A stretch of 64,000 bases of DNA from Neoconidiobolus thromboides FSU 785 (GCA_025603075.1 MU626376.1:1-64000); one strand, 5' to 3'. Shown: positions 13,250 through 25,786, counted from the stretch's first letter. Program-made: numbers and translations. Notes: a model not told the origin generated them from the letters alone.

Positions 13250-14852
13250 ATGTATGTAGGCGATATTACTAGCGAATTAAAAACTAATGCAAATGGCTCA
13301 AAACGATTACCAGAACCACCAAATAGCAAAGGGCCAAAAAATAAAACATCTCCTTATAAAAATCAATATCCAAAATCAACTCCACAGTTGAGCAATAGTT
13401 CTGTGAGGGATGTAACCAACAGTAATACCAATAGCTCATATCCGAATTCAATGAACTCTTCACCAAGGAAAGTACTTTCTCCAGATTACAATTATCAACG
13501 AGGAATGTCACCAAGTTTTATTGGAAATAATAAAATCAGTCAGAGCCCATATAACCAAATGAGTAATACACAAAGAACTTCTTATTATAGAGATTATAAT
13601 CAAGACTTTAATGATTATAGACCGGAAAGCAATTATGGTAATCATTATTACGTTAAAAACCAATATACTTCACCACCCAATAATATGGATTATATACACT
13701 ATGATGGACACAACAGGATGAGCAACTATAGCCATAATATTCAATATGAGCAAACTATGCACTTTAATAATGCTTACAACATACCTCCTGGAAAATATTC
13801 ATCTCGAAGAAGTAGTCAGTGTTCAACACCAAATAAAGCCGATTTTGTCGAGCTAAACAATCTTCCAAATCATGTTCGAGCAGCTGGGCAAAAAGAAGAT
13901 TTAGAATTAATGTCAAATAAGTTTTCATCAAACTCAAATCAATCTTTAAATGAATATAAGCCTTTTATAGCCAATAATAGTGAGGAGTATGGAGGGTTTG
14001 ATCCAAGGCCACCTGCCCATGTTTTAAGACCAGAATCCCAATTTTACGATCAAAGATTAGTTACTAGAGCCAATTTACCTAATCATGTAAATGCTACTAA
14101 TTTAAAACATCAAGATAATCAATTTGCTTCACCATCTACTACCTTTGATCCAGCAAGCCATAGAGTTCCAAGCCATGCTAAAACCCCTATAAAAGAAAAA
14201 AGGAGATCATGCTTTGGTTTATGTGGTTGCTCTGGTAAAATGTGTGTTATTGTTACTACCGCTGCCTGTTTCTTTATTGGGTTGATTCTTTTCTTTTTAT
14301 GGGTGAGAATTCCTGGCATTTCTCCTAGTTCTGAGTTTAGAATTATATCTGGACCAACTACTACGGTAAATGAAACAATATCTACATTTAAAGCTCAATT
14401 GCAGATAGAACTAAGAATCAATAATCCTAATTTCTATCCACTTTGGCTAAATGAACTAAATGGAAAGGTAGTATCTTTAATTTGTATTTATGGGTTGATG
14501 TTAATTTTATTTAGGTGTATGATATAGGCACCAATAACCAGATAGGAAATGGCAATGTTAAACCGCTTTATGTCCCAATTCAAGGAGAGGCTTTCACTAA
14601 TTATACGATAGATATAAATTATTATACATCATCACAACAGGTAAGCTAATTCTAGGGTAATTTAACAGGTTATTAATATTTCTTTAGGATAGAACCTTTT
14701 TAGATATAATGGCAGCTTGTCCACATGAAGACCAAACAACTACTAGATATCCTCTTGGTTTGTCAACTATTGTTGAAGCAAAATTCAACCTTTTTACTTG
14801 GGCTAACATTATACCTAAAGACTCGTTCAATAGAAATATAGTTTGTCAATAA
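13250..14852 (+). CDS. Type II membrane protein: N/S/Y/P-rich N-terminus, one TM helix, LEA_2-like C-terminal domain
   Basis: Exons 13250-14467, 14515-14640 and 14688-14852 join in frame via GT-AG introns; Cys-rich juxtamembrane CFGLCGC, TM helix, then LRINNPNFYP motif typical of fungal LEA_2 proteins. Confidence 0.8.
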
Positions 14853-15249
14853 TATTTTACACTTTATTAAAATTAATTAGTAATATATATATAATATTTA
14901 AATATTTATATTTCATGGTTTTATTTATAAAGTGATTTTAAAAGTGACATTAATTTATCTTAATCTTAAATTGCTTTTATTATTATCTAATTTAGTTTAT
15001 AAATTATAGTAAAATAAACTATTTTTTAAATAACTCTTGTAAATTCTAAAAATCCTAATCTGGGTAAATTTAAGTCATAATTGCCTCAGTTCAAATATAA
15101 AAATGGAGGCTTTAAAAGTTTTGGAGTTAAATTAAAACTATTAATTCTGTATCATTATTTATATAATCAGTTTTATTAATTATCATATTTTATAAAATTT
15201 GAACTATCTGGATAATTTACTCGATTGTTCTATTAATTGTATATCTTTC

Positions 15250-18200
15250 TTAATGTTTTGGAGTACTACCGTTATAAGTTGGGTCAAAAATGGAGTGACG
15301 TAGAATATCACGATTGGATCCATTGTTAGCTAATGATAACCTTGAAACATTCAAAGCAGATGTGCTTGCTCTAGGGTTACCTAAAGATCCCATAGATCTC
15401 CAAGGAAGAGATACCTGTCCATTTTGGTCACAAAGAACCATATGTTCACCCATACCTGGGCTATAATTATCGGCTAAAATTGAGTTGATTTCTTCTTCAG
15501 CAGCAACTACTTTAGAAACTCTCCTTAAAGCTATTGGCGACATATAGCCCATATTATCCAAGTTACCAGGATGGTTACTATTTTGAGAGTCTAATGTATA
15601 TTTTGAATTGGCAGCTTCAGGTACATTCAACAAGTTTTTACTGCTATTTCCATACTTATAAGGCTCATTACGAACAGTAGATGGTAAAGAGACTTGTGTA
15701 CCATATTGACTTAACACTGCAACAGTTCTTCTACGTTTCTCTCTTTCAAATTCTTCCCAACGTTTCATAACAATGTTACTCGAGTCAAACTCTCCTTCGT
15801 TACTACCGTGTCCAGATTTATCCCCTCCAGCAATCATACGTGTTTGACCCCAACTAAAGTCATCAAAATGCCAGAATGAGTAAATAGGAAGAATAAAATT
15901 CCAAATAGGTAAAGCTAATAAATAGATAAACATCCAAAAAATATATCCAATTTGGCGAGTAGTTAAAACAATCAAAATAGCAGGAAGACCAAGAATTAAA
16001 GCTAAAATCACTAATGGAATAGTTGGTGGATTAGGTGCTAAAAAGGCTCTTACTAACAGATAAATAGTGAAGCATATGGCAGACGGTAAAACTATTGTAC
16101 CAATCAATTCCATAAATACAATGAATTGCATTGAAAAACAAAAGGTACCACATAAATCCCTAGTTATTACTAATTCTAATAGATTATGAACAGTAGAGTT
16201 AATCCAACGACGACGTTGAGATAACAAAACGAAGAATGAATCAGGGACAATAGTTTTACAAACAGCTTGAGGAACAAAAATAAGTTTACGCTTTGGAAAT
16301 GTACGTAACATGAGAGTTGTTAAATAACGATCTTCACCTAGCAATAGAAGATTCTTTTGATGTAAAGAAATGACTACATTTTCGGAATACTGCTGTAAAA
16401 TTTCTGGATTACAAAGAACAGGAACCCAATCTCCGTTACTTTTTGGGGCTTTGATCCGGTACATTGAAAAACAACCTGGGAGACAAGTAACACCACCAAA
16501 AATAGATTCAAAGGCTTTTGAAAGATGATGGGATATATAGTATTCAAACACTTGAATAGCTGTGACCCAAGATTGAGATTTGTTTGCAATTTTTGTTTCA
16601 CCACATAAACCCATCACTTTAGGATCTCTTGAAAAACAAGCTACCATTCTAGTAATAGAATCAGGAGCAACCACAGTATCTGCATCTACCATAAGTACAG
16701 TTTCATAAACATCTGGAGTAACTCCAGAAACATTCCAAAACCCGTTAAAGAGCTCATATTCTAACTCGCTCATACGGTCATCAAATATAGCTTTTTGTAA
16801 AAAGGACATCAATATTACTTGAGAATCTCTTTTACCACGATTACCAGGTTTGGGCCCATTGGCTTCTTCTGGAGTACCGCATTTGACTATTAAAACCATA
16901 GGAACTCGATTCTTTGAAGGACTATCTGTTTTCTCATTTGCGTCACCTTTCTTTTTATTAGTTTGGTAATAGTAACCAGCATACACTTTAGCCATATTGT
17001 GTCGTTTAGAACCTTCAGCTATAGCAACATAAGAGTAAGGTTGCACCATATCCGGAGGAATAACAAAATCTTTCATTAAAGATAAACAAATGTCAGGTGT
17101 AGATTTCTCATTTCCTGCACCAGTAATAAGACCATCACAAATTACAAATAATAATTGTCGATTATTTGGATAATTAGTATTTGCTAATGAATCAAGAGTA
17201 GCCTTTATACCAGAAAATCCTTCAGAATAACAAGTCACTAATGAAATAGTATAATGTAATGCAAATCCAAGGTCAGAGTCAATCCCAGGAGGAACAAATA
17301 TGGGTGGACGGTCATAATTGAAGCTTCCTCTTGATTTCATTTCTCCTTCATGAGAATGAATTCCAATTCCTCTAGGTGTAGATAAACAATTAGAAGAGTT
17401 TCTCGCTGAGGGTACTTGTCCAGTACCCATTCTAGAACTAGTGTTATTGATTGGTGTGAAATCTGTAGTAAGTTCTACAGGTAAAGAAGTATCTGATTCT
17501 GTAACACTACTATCCTCACGATCTTCAGCCCAAGCCTCCATTTGGTCATATCTCTTTAATTTATCTTGATAAGTACGTTCATTTAACGATCCTAATCTCC
17601 AGCTTACAATCCAACTAAAGAAAATAGCCATAAAAAATTTAGAAATTACAACAGCAACAATGACAATTAATATAATATATTGAATCGCAGATGAAGTTAA
17701 ACATCCAATGGTACTGGTATCTATCATACCAACTCTTAAAATATCAATCAAACATTTACCAACGCTTGGATCTTCATTAAGCAAAAAATAACTAACATCT
17801 TTACCAAGATATGGCCTATCTTCTCTTCTAAGATCTGCAACAAAACTGGACATTGCAACAGTACCCGTAAGCCATTTTAATCTATTAAGATCAATAACAT
17901 TACCACCATAAACTACTAATCCATTATTTTTATCTTCTACTTCTTTCCATGTAAAAAACACATTTCCAACTTTTTTTAGCTTTGATAAGGACTCTTTATG
18001 ATTAACTGAAAAATGGCAAGAACCATCCGAATTACTTCCTTGTATTGGTGCAGAAGAAAATGGATCAATGGGGAGACATGGAAAATATCTTTGAGGTTCA
18101 TCATTATTTGACCCTTCAAAAAATAAGATATCTTTGCAACTACCAGGATTTTGACGCGTTAATGCTTGAAATAGAAAAGAAAGATCTTTTGTACCAGCAT

Positions 18201-18906
18201 TAATTGATTCATTATCCAAAGCAAAACCACCTTCATAACGAATTTTGCCTACCAAAGCTTCTGGATGGACAAAATTTTTAATATTATAAATAACCCCATT
18301 GATACTTACCATCTCTTTAGTTAGTGTTTTATAAGCCATCTTATTTGTATTTGTATCACCACAAAGAACAGCTTCTAGTGCAAATGTTAAGAAACCAAGT
18401 GCACCTGAAATTACTACAATAATAAATACTAAACTAATTTTTTCTCTCCATGCTTGTTGTACTTGTCGATTTTTCATACCACACCATTTTAATAAAAAGG
18501 GTGGGAAACAACATGTTACGAGCCAAGAAAATAAGGTCCAAGCTCCGATGGCTTTAGAGCGTTCCCTATCTATCATACGCGATTTTTTTCTAGCTAAATT
18601 CGGATGCCTAGAAGAATTACTTGATACCCATCGTCGAAGCTTAGTTCCGCTTTCTGGTCCATTCGAATCTCTTCTTGCTCTACTTCTTCCTGATGCTTTT
18701 CTAGAAGGTGTGGCATCTTGTTTCTTTGGCCGAGGTCGAAATGTTTCCCTTTCATTAGGCATGGTTCTTAACTCTAAACTTTGAGGTGATAGTCCATCCC
18801 TATTTGTTAAATCGGTATCAAAATGAAGTGTATCCGCAGAATTAATTAAGCTATTGTTGACTTCATTTGAACCTATATTGACATCTTTTTTTTCGCTGCT
18901 CTTCAT
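15250..18906 (-). CDS. CHS3: Chitin synthase, class IV (Chs3/Chs4-like), intronless, 1218 aa
   Basis: Motifs TCYSEG, GNRGKRDSQ, VDADT, LGEDRYL, QRRRW; N-terminal TM helices, a cytochrome-b5-like region, no myosin motor. Confidence 0.95.
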   Translation of the reverse strand: MKSSEKKDVNIGSNEVNNSLINSADTLHFDTDLTNRDGLSPQSLELRTMPNERETFRPRPKKQDATPSRKASGRSRARRDSNGPESGTKLRRWVSSNSSRHPNLARKKSRMIDRERSKAIGAWTLFSWLVTCCFPPFLLKWCGMKNRQVQQAWREKISLVFIIVVISGALGFLTFALEAVLCGDTNTNKMAYKTLTKEMVSINGVIYNIKNFVHPEALVGKIRYEGGFALDNESINAGTKDLSFLFQALTRQNPGSCKDILFFEGSNNDEPQRYFPCLPIDPFSSAPIQGSNSDGSCHFSVNHKESLSKLKKVGNVFFTWKEVEDKNNGLVVYGGNVIDLNRLKWLTGTVAMSSFVADLRREDRPYLGKDVSYFLLNEDPSVGKCLIDILRVGMIDTSTIGCLTSSAIQYIILIVIVAVVISKFFMAIFFSWIVSWRLGSLNERTYQDKLKRYDQMEAWAEDREDSSVTESDTSLPVELTTDFTPINNTSSRMGTGQVPSARNSSNCLSTPRGIGIHSHEGEMKSRGSFNYDRPPIFVPPGIDSDLGFALHYTISLVTCYSEGFSGIKATLDSLANTNYPNNRQLLFVICDGLITGAGNEKSTPDICLSLMKDFVIPPDMVQPYSYVAIAEGSKRHNMAKVYAGYYYQTNKKKGDANEKTDSPSKNRVPMVLIVKCGTPEEANGPKPGNRGKRDSQVILMSFLQKAIFDDRMSELEYELFNGFWNVSGVTPDVYETVLMVDADTVVAPDSITRMVACFSRDPKVMGLCGETKIANKSQSWVTAIQVFEYYISHHLSKAFESIFGGVTCLPGCFSMYRIKAPKSNGDWVPVLCNPEILQQYSENVVISLHQKNLLLLGEDRYLTTLMLRTFPKRKLIFVPQAVCKTIVPDSFFVLLSQRRRWINSTVHNLLELVITRDLCGTFCFSMQFIVFMELIGTIVLPSAICFTIYLLVRAFLAPNPPTIPLVILALILGLPAILIVLTTRQIGYIFWMFIYLLALPIWNFILPIYSFWHFDDFSWGQTRMIAGGDKSGHGSNEGEFDSSNIVMKRWEEFEREKRRRTVAVLSQYGTQVSLPSTVRNEPYKYGNSSKNLLNVPEAANSKYTLDSQNSNHPGNLDNMGYMSPIALRRVSKVVAAEEEINSILADNYSPGMGEHMVLCDQNGQVSLPWRSMGSLGNPRASTSALNVSRLSLANNGSNRDILRHSIFDPTYNGSTPKH

Positions 18907-20559
18907 CTTTTAATTTATATAAATGAAGATATGGATCCAATTTTAAATTTAGTTAAGTAAACTAGTAGTTAAATAAGAATTAAATGAGTATGTAAAATAA
19001 TGAAATTAATATAAATGTAAAAGTATGAAAGTAGAAACTAAAATAAATTAAATCTTTTAAGATATAAAAGTTCTCTTTTTAAAAAATTTAAGGAAATAAA
19101 TTTATGAGTTATTTTGGGTGTTTGAAGTTTTTAATTTGATTTGAAACTTTTTATTTTTTATTTATATTCTGGGCAATATAAAAAGTTACACAATTTTCCA
19201 TTTTTAAGGAGAGCTTTCCGTATTTTTGCACCACAACTTTCTTAATTTAGTTGTTGTCAATTTCAAAGTTACCAGAACATTGAGTAGTTCCCATTAAGAT
19301 TATCTTAACAAATTAAATGCTGTCATTTTAAAAATAAAAATCATAAGTATAATAAGTTTTCATAACTTTTTAATGAATAAAATAAAAATTAAACAGTAAA
19401 TAGTAAAATCAGTTATTTTTAGCCTTTTAATTCTATGAATAGGTAGTGAAATTCACGATTGGCGGACACGTATTAAAAAACATGAACATAATTGTACTTT
19501 AGAAAGTTCAGTTGAAAATAAGAAGGCTTAATTTTGGGCTGTTAATCTTGTCAGTAAAAGACTATCTATTTTTGATTTCTCCTAAATCATATTACTAAAT
19601 ACAGTTAAAAAATTATTAAAAAATGCAACATTTTAGCTATTTTCCAATCTATTCTATTTTACAACTACGTAATGAATCATTTTAATTAGTCTTATTTTAA
19701 ATATACTCTAATAGATATTCACCCAAAATCCATGGATTTATGTTAAATAGTTTTAAATCTTATGTTTTTTGGTAATAAGAATTATGATTATACATTTTTA
19801 AAAATTCAATTAGATTTTTAAGTTCCAGTTTTCAACTTTGAAAGGCAAATTATATTGGAACTAAGGTCATTGAGTGTATAATTTCCATTTTTAGAACTTT
19901 CATCACTTTCAAAGTAGAAACATATCAACACTTAAATGAATAAATATTTTACGATATTTTGTACACAATCTATTGAAATTCATTATTACACTTTAATTAC
20001 AATATTACATATAATCATAACTATATTATTTTTAATAGGGTAAATTGGACTTCAAGTTGAGTTTTACTTGAGAACCTGAAATTGAGCCATCTACTTAAAA
20101 ATACTATATTAATACAAGTAAATATTGTTGTTAAAATAAGAACTATTCTCTAATTATATTCAAAATATTGATAGCTATTTAAATACATCTAATTAATTCC
20201 AAGCTTGGCAAAGATTTCAATTTAATAGTTTAATGATAAAAAAGGATCTATCTCAATAATTGTATATTTGAGTTTCGAATATAATTATAAAGTTCAGCCA
20301 TGGATAGTTTTCTAATATAGATTTCGAAGACATCATGAGTTAACCCTATACAAACATTATTTTTTTATAATATTATATTAAATTAGTCTATTCCAATAAT
20401 TAAAATGACTTTATTTTCAATGTTTATTTACTTTTATCTTTAATCATTTTTATCTATCATTCTTTAAAATTATATATTCTTTAATATTTCTGATAATACA
20501 AAAAATAATAGTTTAGCGATCTTAAGTGATATATTCAATACAAATCCTTAACTGTTTAA

Positions 20560-21885
20560 TTACTCATTTCCTTGCTCCACTTTGATCCAGTTTAACATAG
20601 GCATGTTTATTATTAAATCGTAAAACTCTTTACTTAATGGCACATTATAGGGTAGAATAAGTAATAAGGGATCAGTAAACTCACAATCAATGTTGATATT
20701 GGAATTTTCAAGTAAATTAAACTGTTTGATATGAATTTTTTCTAAGTTTGGGAATAAAGATAGAAAACAAAAAAATTGTAAGGGAGTAAAGGAAATAGCA
20801 TTAACATTAATTTGTTTAATAAATGAGCATTGAATTGGAAAAGGTTCATTGTTTTTTAAACATAATATACAATTAGAAATAATAGAATCTATATTGAGAA
20901 ATAAAGAATCAAAAGTAAGTATTTGTATATTTGATAATCTACTAATTTCATCTAATAATAAGGATGATAACCTTTTCATACTAATCTCCCTTAAATTGGT
21001 TAATCTTAACATCTTAATATTATCTGAATCTTCTAGAAAACTAAATGAGCCTAATTTAATAATAGTATTACCTTGCTTTAATAATATATTCATATTGCTT
21101 TCGTTATTTAATTTAAAAAGTGAACTTGAAAGATCATTTAATTTAATATTATTTAATTTACTTAAATTACCAAAACAATTAATATTAAAATCATTATCAA
21201 AATAACCTTCAATTATTAACTTTAAGTTTGAATTGAAATTAAGTTTGGAATCAAATTCAATAGAGGTTATTATACTTCCTTTGCTTTTTAAATGTAATAA
21301 TTTTAACTTATTAAATTCTCTTTTAATTATATCTAATCCATCTACATATATATCATAACTGAAATTTAATTTAAAACTCTCTAACTTCTCCGGATTTAGA
21401 TAATTAATAAAACTTGTAATATCGCCATTGACTGTTTGAAGTTCAAATTGTTCAATTTGATTTAAATACTTACTAATTGGTTTGAAAATTTTATTATAAT
21501 CTCTATTTAAACTATAAATACTTAATCTCTTTAACTTTAATAAATCAATTTCTAATTTATTATTGATATTCTCATCATAGCAAACATAGTAAAAAATAGA
21601 TTCAATATTAGGACAATAATTCAAGTAATCTATATTATCACTTGATATGTTTATGTGCTTCATTAGGTTTCCATTACACTTTATATATTCTTGTTGTAAA
21701 TTGGAATATGCTTTATATTTATCGTCGTTATAAATTGATAATTTCAAATTGAAATCAATTACTTTATATATAGTTTGATAGAAATGTTTATTTAAAAAAC
21801 AATATTGAAAGAGTTCAACTGGATTAATTAATTGGAATACATCGACTAATAATTCATCAGGTAAGTGTTCTAATTTTATAGTCAT
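20560..21885 (-). CDS. F-box protein with RNI/LRR-like C-terminus
   Basis: N-terminal LEHLPDELLVDVFQLI...LNKHFY F-box pattern followed by Leu/Ile-spaced repeats. Confidence 0.8.
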   Translation of the reverse strand: MTIKLEHLPDELLVDVFQLINPVELFQYCFLNKHFYQTIYKVIDFNLKLSIYNDDKYKAYSNLQQEYIKCNGNLMKHINISSDNIDYLNYCPNIESIFYYVCYDENINNKLEIDLLKLKRLSIYSLNRDYNKIFKPISKYLNQIEQFELQTVNGDITSFINYLNPEKLESFKLNFSYDIYVDGLDIIKREFNKLKLLHLKSKGSIITSIEFDSKLNFNSNLKLIIEGYFDNDFNINCFGNLSKLNNIKLNDLSSSLFKLNNESNMNILLKQGNTIIKLGSFSFLEDSDNIKMLRLTNLREISMKRLSSLLLDEISRLSNIQILTFDSLFLNIDSIISNCILCLKNNEPFPIQCSFIKQINVNAISFTPLQFFCFLSLFPNLEKIHIKQFNLLENSNINIDCEFTDPLLLILPYNVPLSKEFYDLIINMPMLNWIKVEQGNE

Positions 21886-21965
21886 CTTTAAATATAAAGT
21901 GATAAAGAAGTAATGATTATTTTTTCATTTTTAAAATTATTAGTTGAAATTTTGCTTTTAAAAGC

Positions 21966-21975
21966 ATCACGTCAT
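21966..21975. promoter_or_regulatory. ATCACGTCAT element upstream of the F-box gene
   Basis: Same 10-mer as 30021-30030; about 80 bp upstream of the ATG. Confidence 0.25.
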
Positions 21976-22060
21976 TTGAACAAGTCATAAGTTATTTTAA
22001 TCTAATAATGCTTGTTTATGCATATTGACAAACAATTAAATATCATTTAAAATAAATATA

Positions 22061-22170
22061 TTAAAATTAAGCAAAAATGTAACTATTTTTGTAGCATTTG
22101 ATGTTCAATATGTAATTTTTGCTAAAAATCAAAATTGAGTAAAATTTGAATTAAGTTGAACTAAATCCAT
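22061..22170 (+). repeat. ~105-bp repeat, inverted partner of 24755-24864
   Basis: TTAAAATTAAGCAAAAATGTAACTATTTTTGTAGCATTTG...AAAATTGAGTAAA matches the reverse complement at 24755-24864. Confidence 0.85.
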
Positions 22171-22172
22171 AT

Positions 22173-22264
22173 AGGGGGTGTATTTTAAGAATTTTGCTAA
22201 AAATCTTTCTGTTCAAATAGCGCTTAAAAAATGGAAAAAGTAATGAAGCAAAAAGAACATCCCC
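22173..22264 (+). mobile_element. MITE-A copy
   Basis: Small deletion; flanks ATAT/ATAT. Confidence 0.88.
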
Positions 22265-22446
22265 ATATTATTATTCTATAATTAATTTATATTATTTATT
22301 AAAATTTTGTTGTAACTGAACCACTAACAAATCTATTTCAAACTGTTAAAAAGATTCAAACATAAAAAAATAGATTATTCAGTTAAATTAAAAAAGAGCG
22401 ATTATTCAAAGCAAAAGGGGTCGTATAAACAACTTCAATAAACAGC

Positions 22447-23574
22447 TTAATTTATTTCATTTACTAAACCAAGGTTAACATTGGGAATAAAATACACTGG
22501 TAACATTAAACATAAACTTAAAAGTAAAGAATAAAGTAAAAACCTAAGTTTAAATGTGCAACTTAAACTAGGAATATGAACATTATCCACGGACTCATAT
22601 GGATCTTTAAATATGGAACATTGGCCATTAATTTGACATGTTTTATTATTAGCGGTATGATTTAATAAATAACGATAAAATGGATCTTTACCCCATTGAG
22701 AAATAGGGGAGGATGGTACAGGTGCTTTTTCAGATGGTGTCATAGTAACTTGTGATTTTTCATCTGAACAACAAGCTTCATTCTTGTTATTAGAACAATT
22801 TCGACTGGTATGCTTAAATTGATTAACTAATTGAATTGGACAAGAACTAACTACAGTTATAAAGGGTAATAGGTTAGCTAAAAATAATAAAGGTAAAATA
22901 ACTAATCGAATTAATGGATCAAGTTGAAATAAGATGAAATTAATTAACATAATAATAATTATTATATATAATAAAATACTTGGAGATAATCTTTTGACAG
23001 TACCACATTGACATTTTAACTTGGAATTATGTAATAGGAATTTAGAATAAGATTGAGATAATATTTCATAACAATGATTAGCAATTGGACTTAAACGTTC
23101 TGGATTAGTTTCTAAGTAATTATTTAATAAGACTCCTTTCTTTATTGAATAAGCTAAATTCAATTCCATTGGTGCATTAGGTACTAAAAACAGGTTTAAA
23201 ATGTCTTGTAATTCATCACAAAATGGAGAAGTTTGTTTACAAAATTGAACTAATTGATCTTCAATGACGATATTATTAGTATTAATAGTAAGTTGATTTG
23301 GGATTAAGTTCTTATCACCTATTGGAATTAAACTCAATATTGAGTTGGGTAAATTACTTGCATCGACTAAAATCTTATATTGCTTGTGATATTGCTTTTG
23401 ATTATATCGAATCAAATAGTTATCATACCAAAATAAGAACTCTAAGTTTTCTAAAGTATGTTCATAATAAAATAAATAGTTTCGAAAGTCATGTAAGGAA
23501 TAAGGTGGTAAACTGGAATTACTCAAGATATCTTCTAAGCTGGGTTTAGAACTAAATAATTTATTGAAAAACAT
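22447..23574 (-). CDS. RGS-domain membrane protein, Rax1-like
   Basis: PSLEDIL...PPYSLHDFRNYL...ENLEFLFWY RGS signature, then three hydrophobic helices. Confidence 0.8.
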   Translation of the reverse strand: MFFNKLFSSKPSLEDILSNSSLPPYSLHDFRNYLFYYEHTLENLEFLFWYDNYLIRYNQKQYHKQYKILVDASNLPNSILSLIPIGDKNLIPNQLTINTNNIVIEDQLVQFCKQTSPFCDELQDILNLFLVPNAPMELNLAYSIKKGVLLNNYLETNPERLSPIANHCYEILSQSYSKFLLHNSKLKCQCGTVKRLSPSILLYIIIIIMLINFILFQLDPLIRLVILPLLFLANLLPFITVVSSCPIQLVNQFKHTSRNCSNNKNEACCSDEKSQVTMTPSEKAPVPSSPISQWGKDPFYRYLLNHTANNKTCQINGQCSIFKDPYESVDNVHIPSLSCTFKLRFLLYSLLLSLCLMLPVYFIPNVNLGLVNEIN

Positions 23575-23583
23575 TGAATGTCC

Positions 23584-23613
23584 TTGTTAATTGTTAATTG
23601 TTAATTGTTAATT
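23584..23613. repeat. (TTGTTAA)4 tandem repeat immediately upstream of the RGS gene
   Basis: Read directly at 23584-23613. Confidence 0.9.
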
Positions 23614-24754
23614 TTTGACTGTTAAGTGTATTATTTAATAAATTATAAAATTATAAAAATTTAAAAGAGAGAGTATTGATGAAAGTTAGAAAGCACAGCT
23701 TTTAAACAGAGTTGAGAATTAGATGTTGAAAAAGTGTAAATAATAAAGAATAAAAAAGATCTGATTTTATTAGGATCATATTTTTTAGAGCCTCTAGTTA
23801 ATTCTCCAATGAAATTTCATGTTCTTTTATTACCCTTAGTTAATAAATTAATAACTAAGGATTTAAAATAAAAATCATCAACTAACTTTATTTTTAGTAA
23901 TTTTACAATGTTTAATTTAAAATTTACAAACATAAACTAACATACTTAACCTCTCTTTTGATATCAATTTCAAGTTATTAGAGGTTCTTTAGTCAATTTT
24001 AATTAATCTTTTTCTTTACTTTTATTTTTTTACTTTCATTTTTTTACTTTCATTTTTAAAGTCCCCAACTCCGTTTCAAATTCTTATCTTCTTTAAATCC
24101 TCTAAGGTAAAGTTGTCAACTTTGAAAATGACTACAAAGAGATTCTTTTTAAGAAACAAGAGGCTAATTGAAACCATTGAAAGAAAATTATAAATCTGTA
24201 CTTAAAAAGCTTGGTAACTCTAAAAATAATAGAATAGTGAATAAGATATTATAATTATTATCACCTTATGTTTAATAATATTAATAATATTAATAATATT
24301 AATAATATCTTGTATTTTTTATTTGAAAATGCTATCAAAAGTATTGTTAATAAATTATGATTGTTAATTTTATTTATACTTTTCTTTTGAAAAATGTTTT
24401 AATCAATAATAAAACCTTAATTAACTTGAGTATTATTTTTAAATTTTAGTTAAATTGTTAATCTTTAATATAATATTAACACTGAAATAAACTGAATGTT
24501 TGTATGCTTATTGCCAGTTATTTTCTAACTATCAAAAATAATTGGAAATTAAAATAATTAAAAAAAATAGCTTTATGATAAATAAATAAACTATTTTCAA
24601 ATAAATTAGATTATCAAAAAATATTGATATATTAGCAATATAAAGTTACTTATATTAATATTTGTAGCTTAAGTTTTAATTAATTTGATATAATAAATTA
24701 CTCTAACAGTTTAAATATCAAATTTTTAAAACTTGAGTAAAAATAAAAAAAGAT

Positions 24755-24864
24755 GTGGGTTAGTTTAGAAGCTTAATTCAAACTTTACTCAATTTTGATT
24801 TTTAGCAAAAATTACATTAAACACCAAATGCTACAAAAATAGTTACATTTTTGCTTAATTTTAA
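24755..24864 (-). repeat. Inverted partner of 22061-22170
   Basis: High identity by eye. Confidence 0.85.
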
Positions 24865-25129
24865 ATTACATTAAAACGTTTTGTCTATTATTTAACTAAT
24901 ATATATTTTTAAATTTATGCTACATAAAAAATAATCAAAATGAAATTAAAATCTTTTATTTCTACTTAATCAAGTTTTTAAACTTATTTATACTAAAAGT
25001 TAGAATTTGTTATTAATTGTACTATTAATTAAACCAAATTGTTTTTTAGTTATTAATTAAAACATTTTAATTGCTTCATTTTAATAAATTATTTATATAT
25101 TATTACTAAATTTTACTAAACATAGAATT

Positions 25130-25215
25130 GGGCATTTTTGATTTTACATTTACTGAGTTGAATCGTATTAATTTTATCTATTTTTGTATTTAGCAATTAC
25201 GAGTTAAAAATGCCC
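25130..25215. mobile_element. MITE-B candidate (86 bp)
   Basis: AATT|GGGCATTTTT...AAAAATGCCC|AATT; single copy seen. Confidence 0.5.
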
Positions 25216-25329
25216 AATTTTACGCTTAAAAAAACTAGTTAAATTAAGAACCCAGTCTCAAATTTTCAAGAAAATAGATTTTTTTATTTCAATCTTTCAT
25301 AGTTATATCAAGAAAAGTATTGAACAAAT

Positions 25330-25428
25330 GAGAGTGTTTTTTTTGGCTTCATTACTTTTTCTATCTTTTAAGCACTATTTGTGTGGAAAGATTGTTAGTA
25401 AAATTGTTAAACACAAAAACACATCTTC
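25330..25428 (-). mobile_element. MITE-A copy
   Basis: Reverse copy; flanks AAAT/ATAT. Confidence 0.88.
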
Positions 25429-25786
25429 ATATAGTCATGAAAGATTGAAGATATCGTGTTAAAAAGTGTAATAAAGTAAATGTAATTTAAAGAGCAGTTT
25501 ATAATTAGTTATAATTATAATTAAAAATCAATTAAAAATTGTAAAAACTAATGACTAAAACTTTAATCTAATTATATAATATATCTACAATTGGTTTTAA
25601 AATATTAATATCAAAATAAATCCAATATTGAGTATATACTTTATAAATAGATTTTAATTAACAAAGTCATTTAAAATGTTGTAATAAATAACTAAGGTAT
25701 ATTACACATAAGAAAGTATAGTTTTCCCTCTTTTTTTATAATTGCCTCAGAGTCCCCTTGTGACTATAAAGGATTTAGCAATATAT

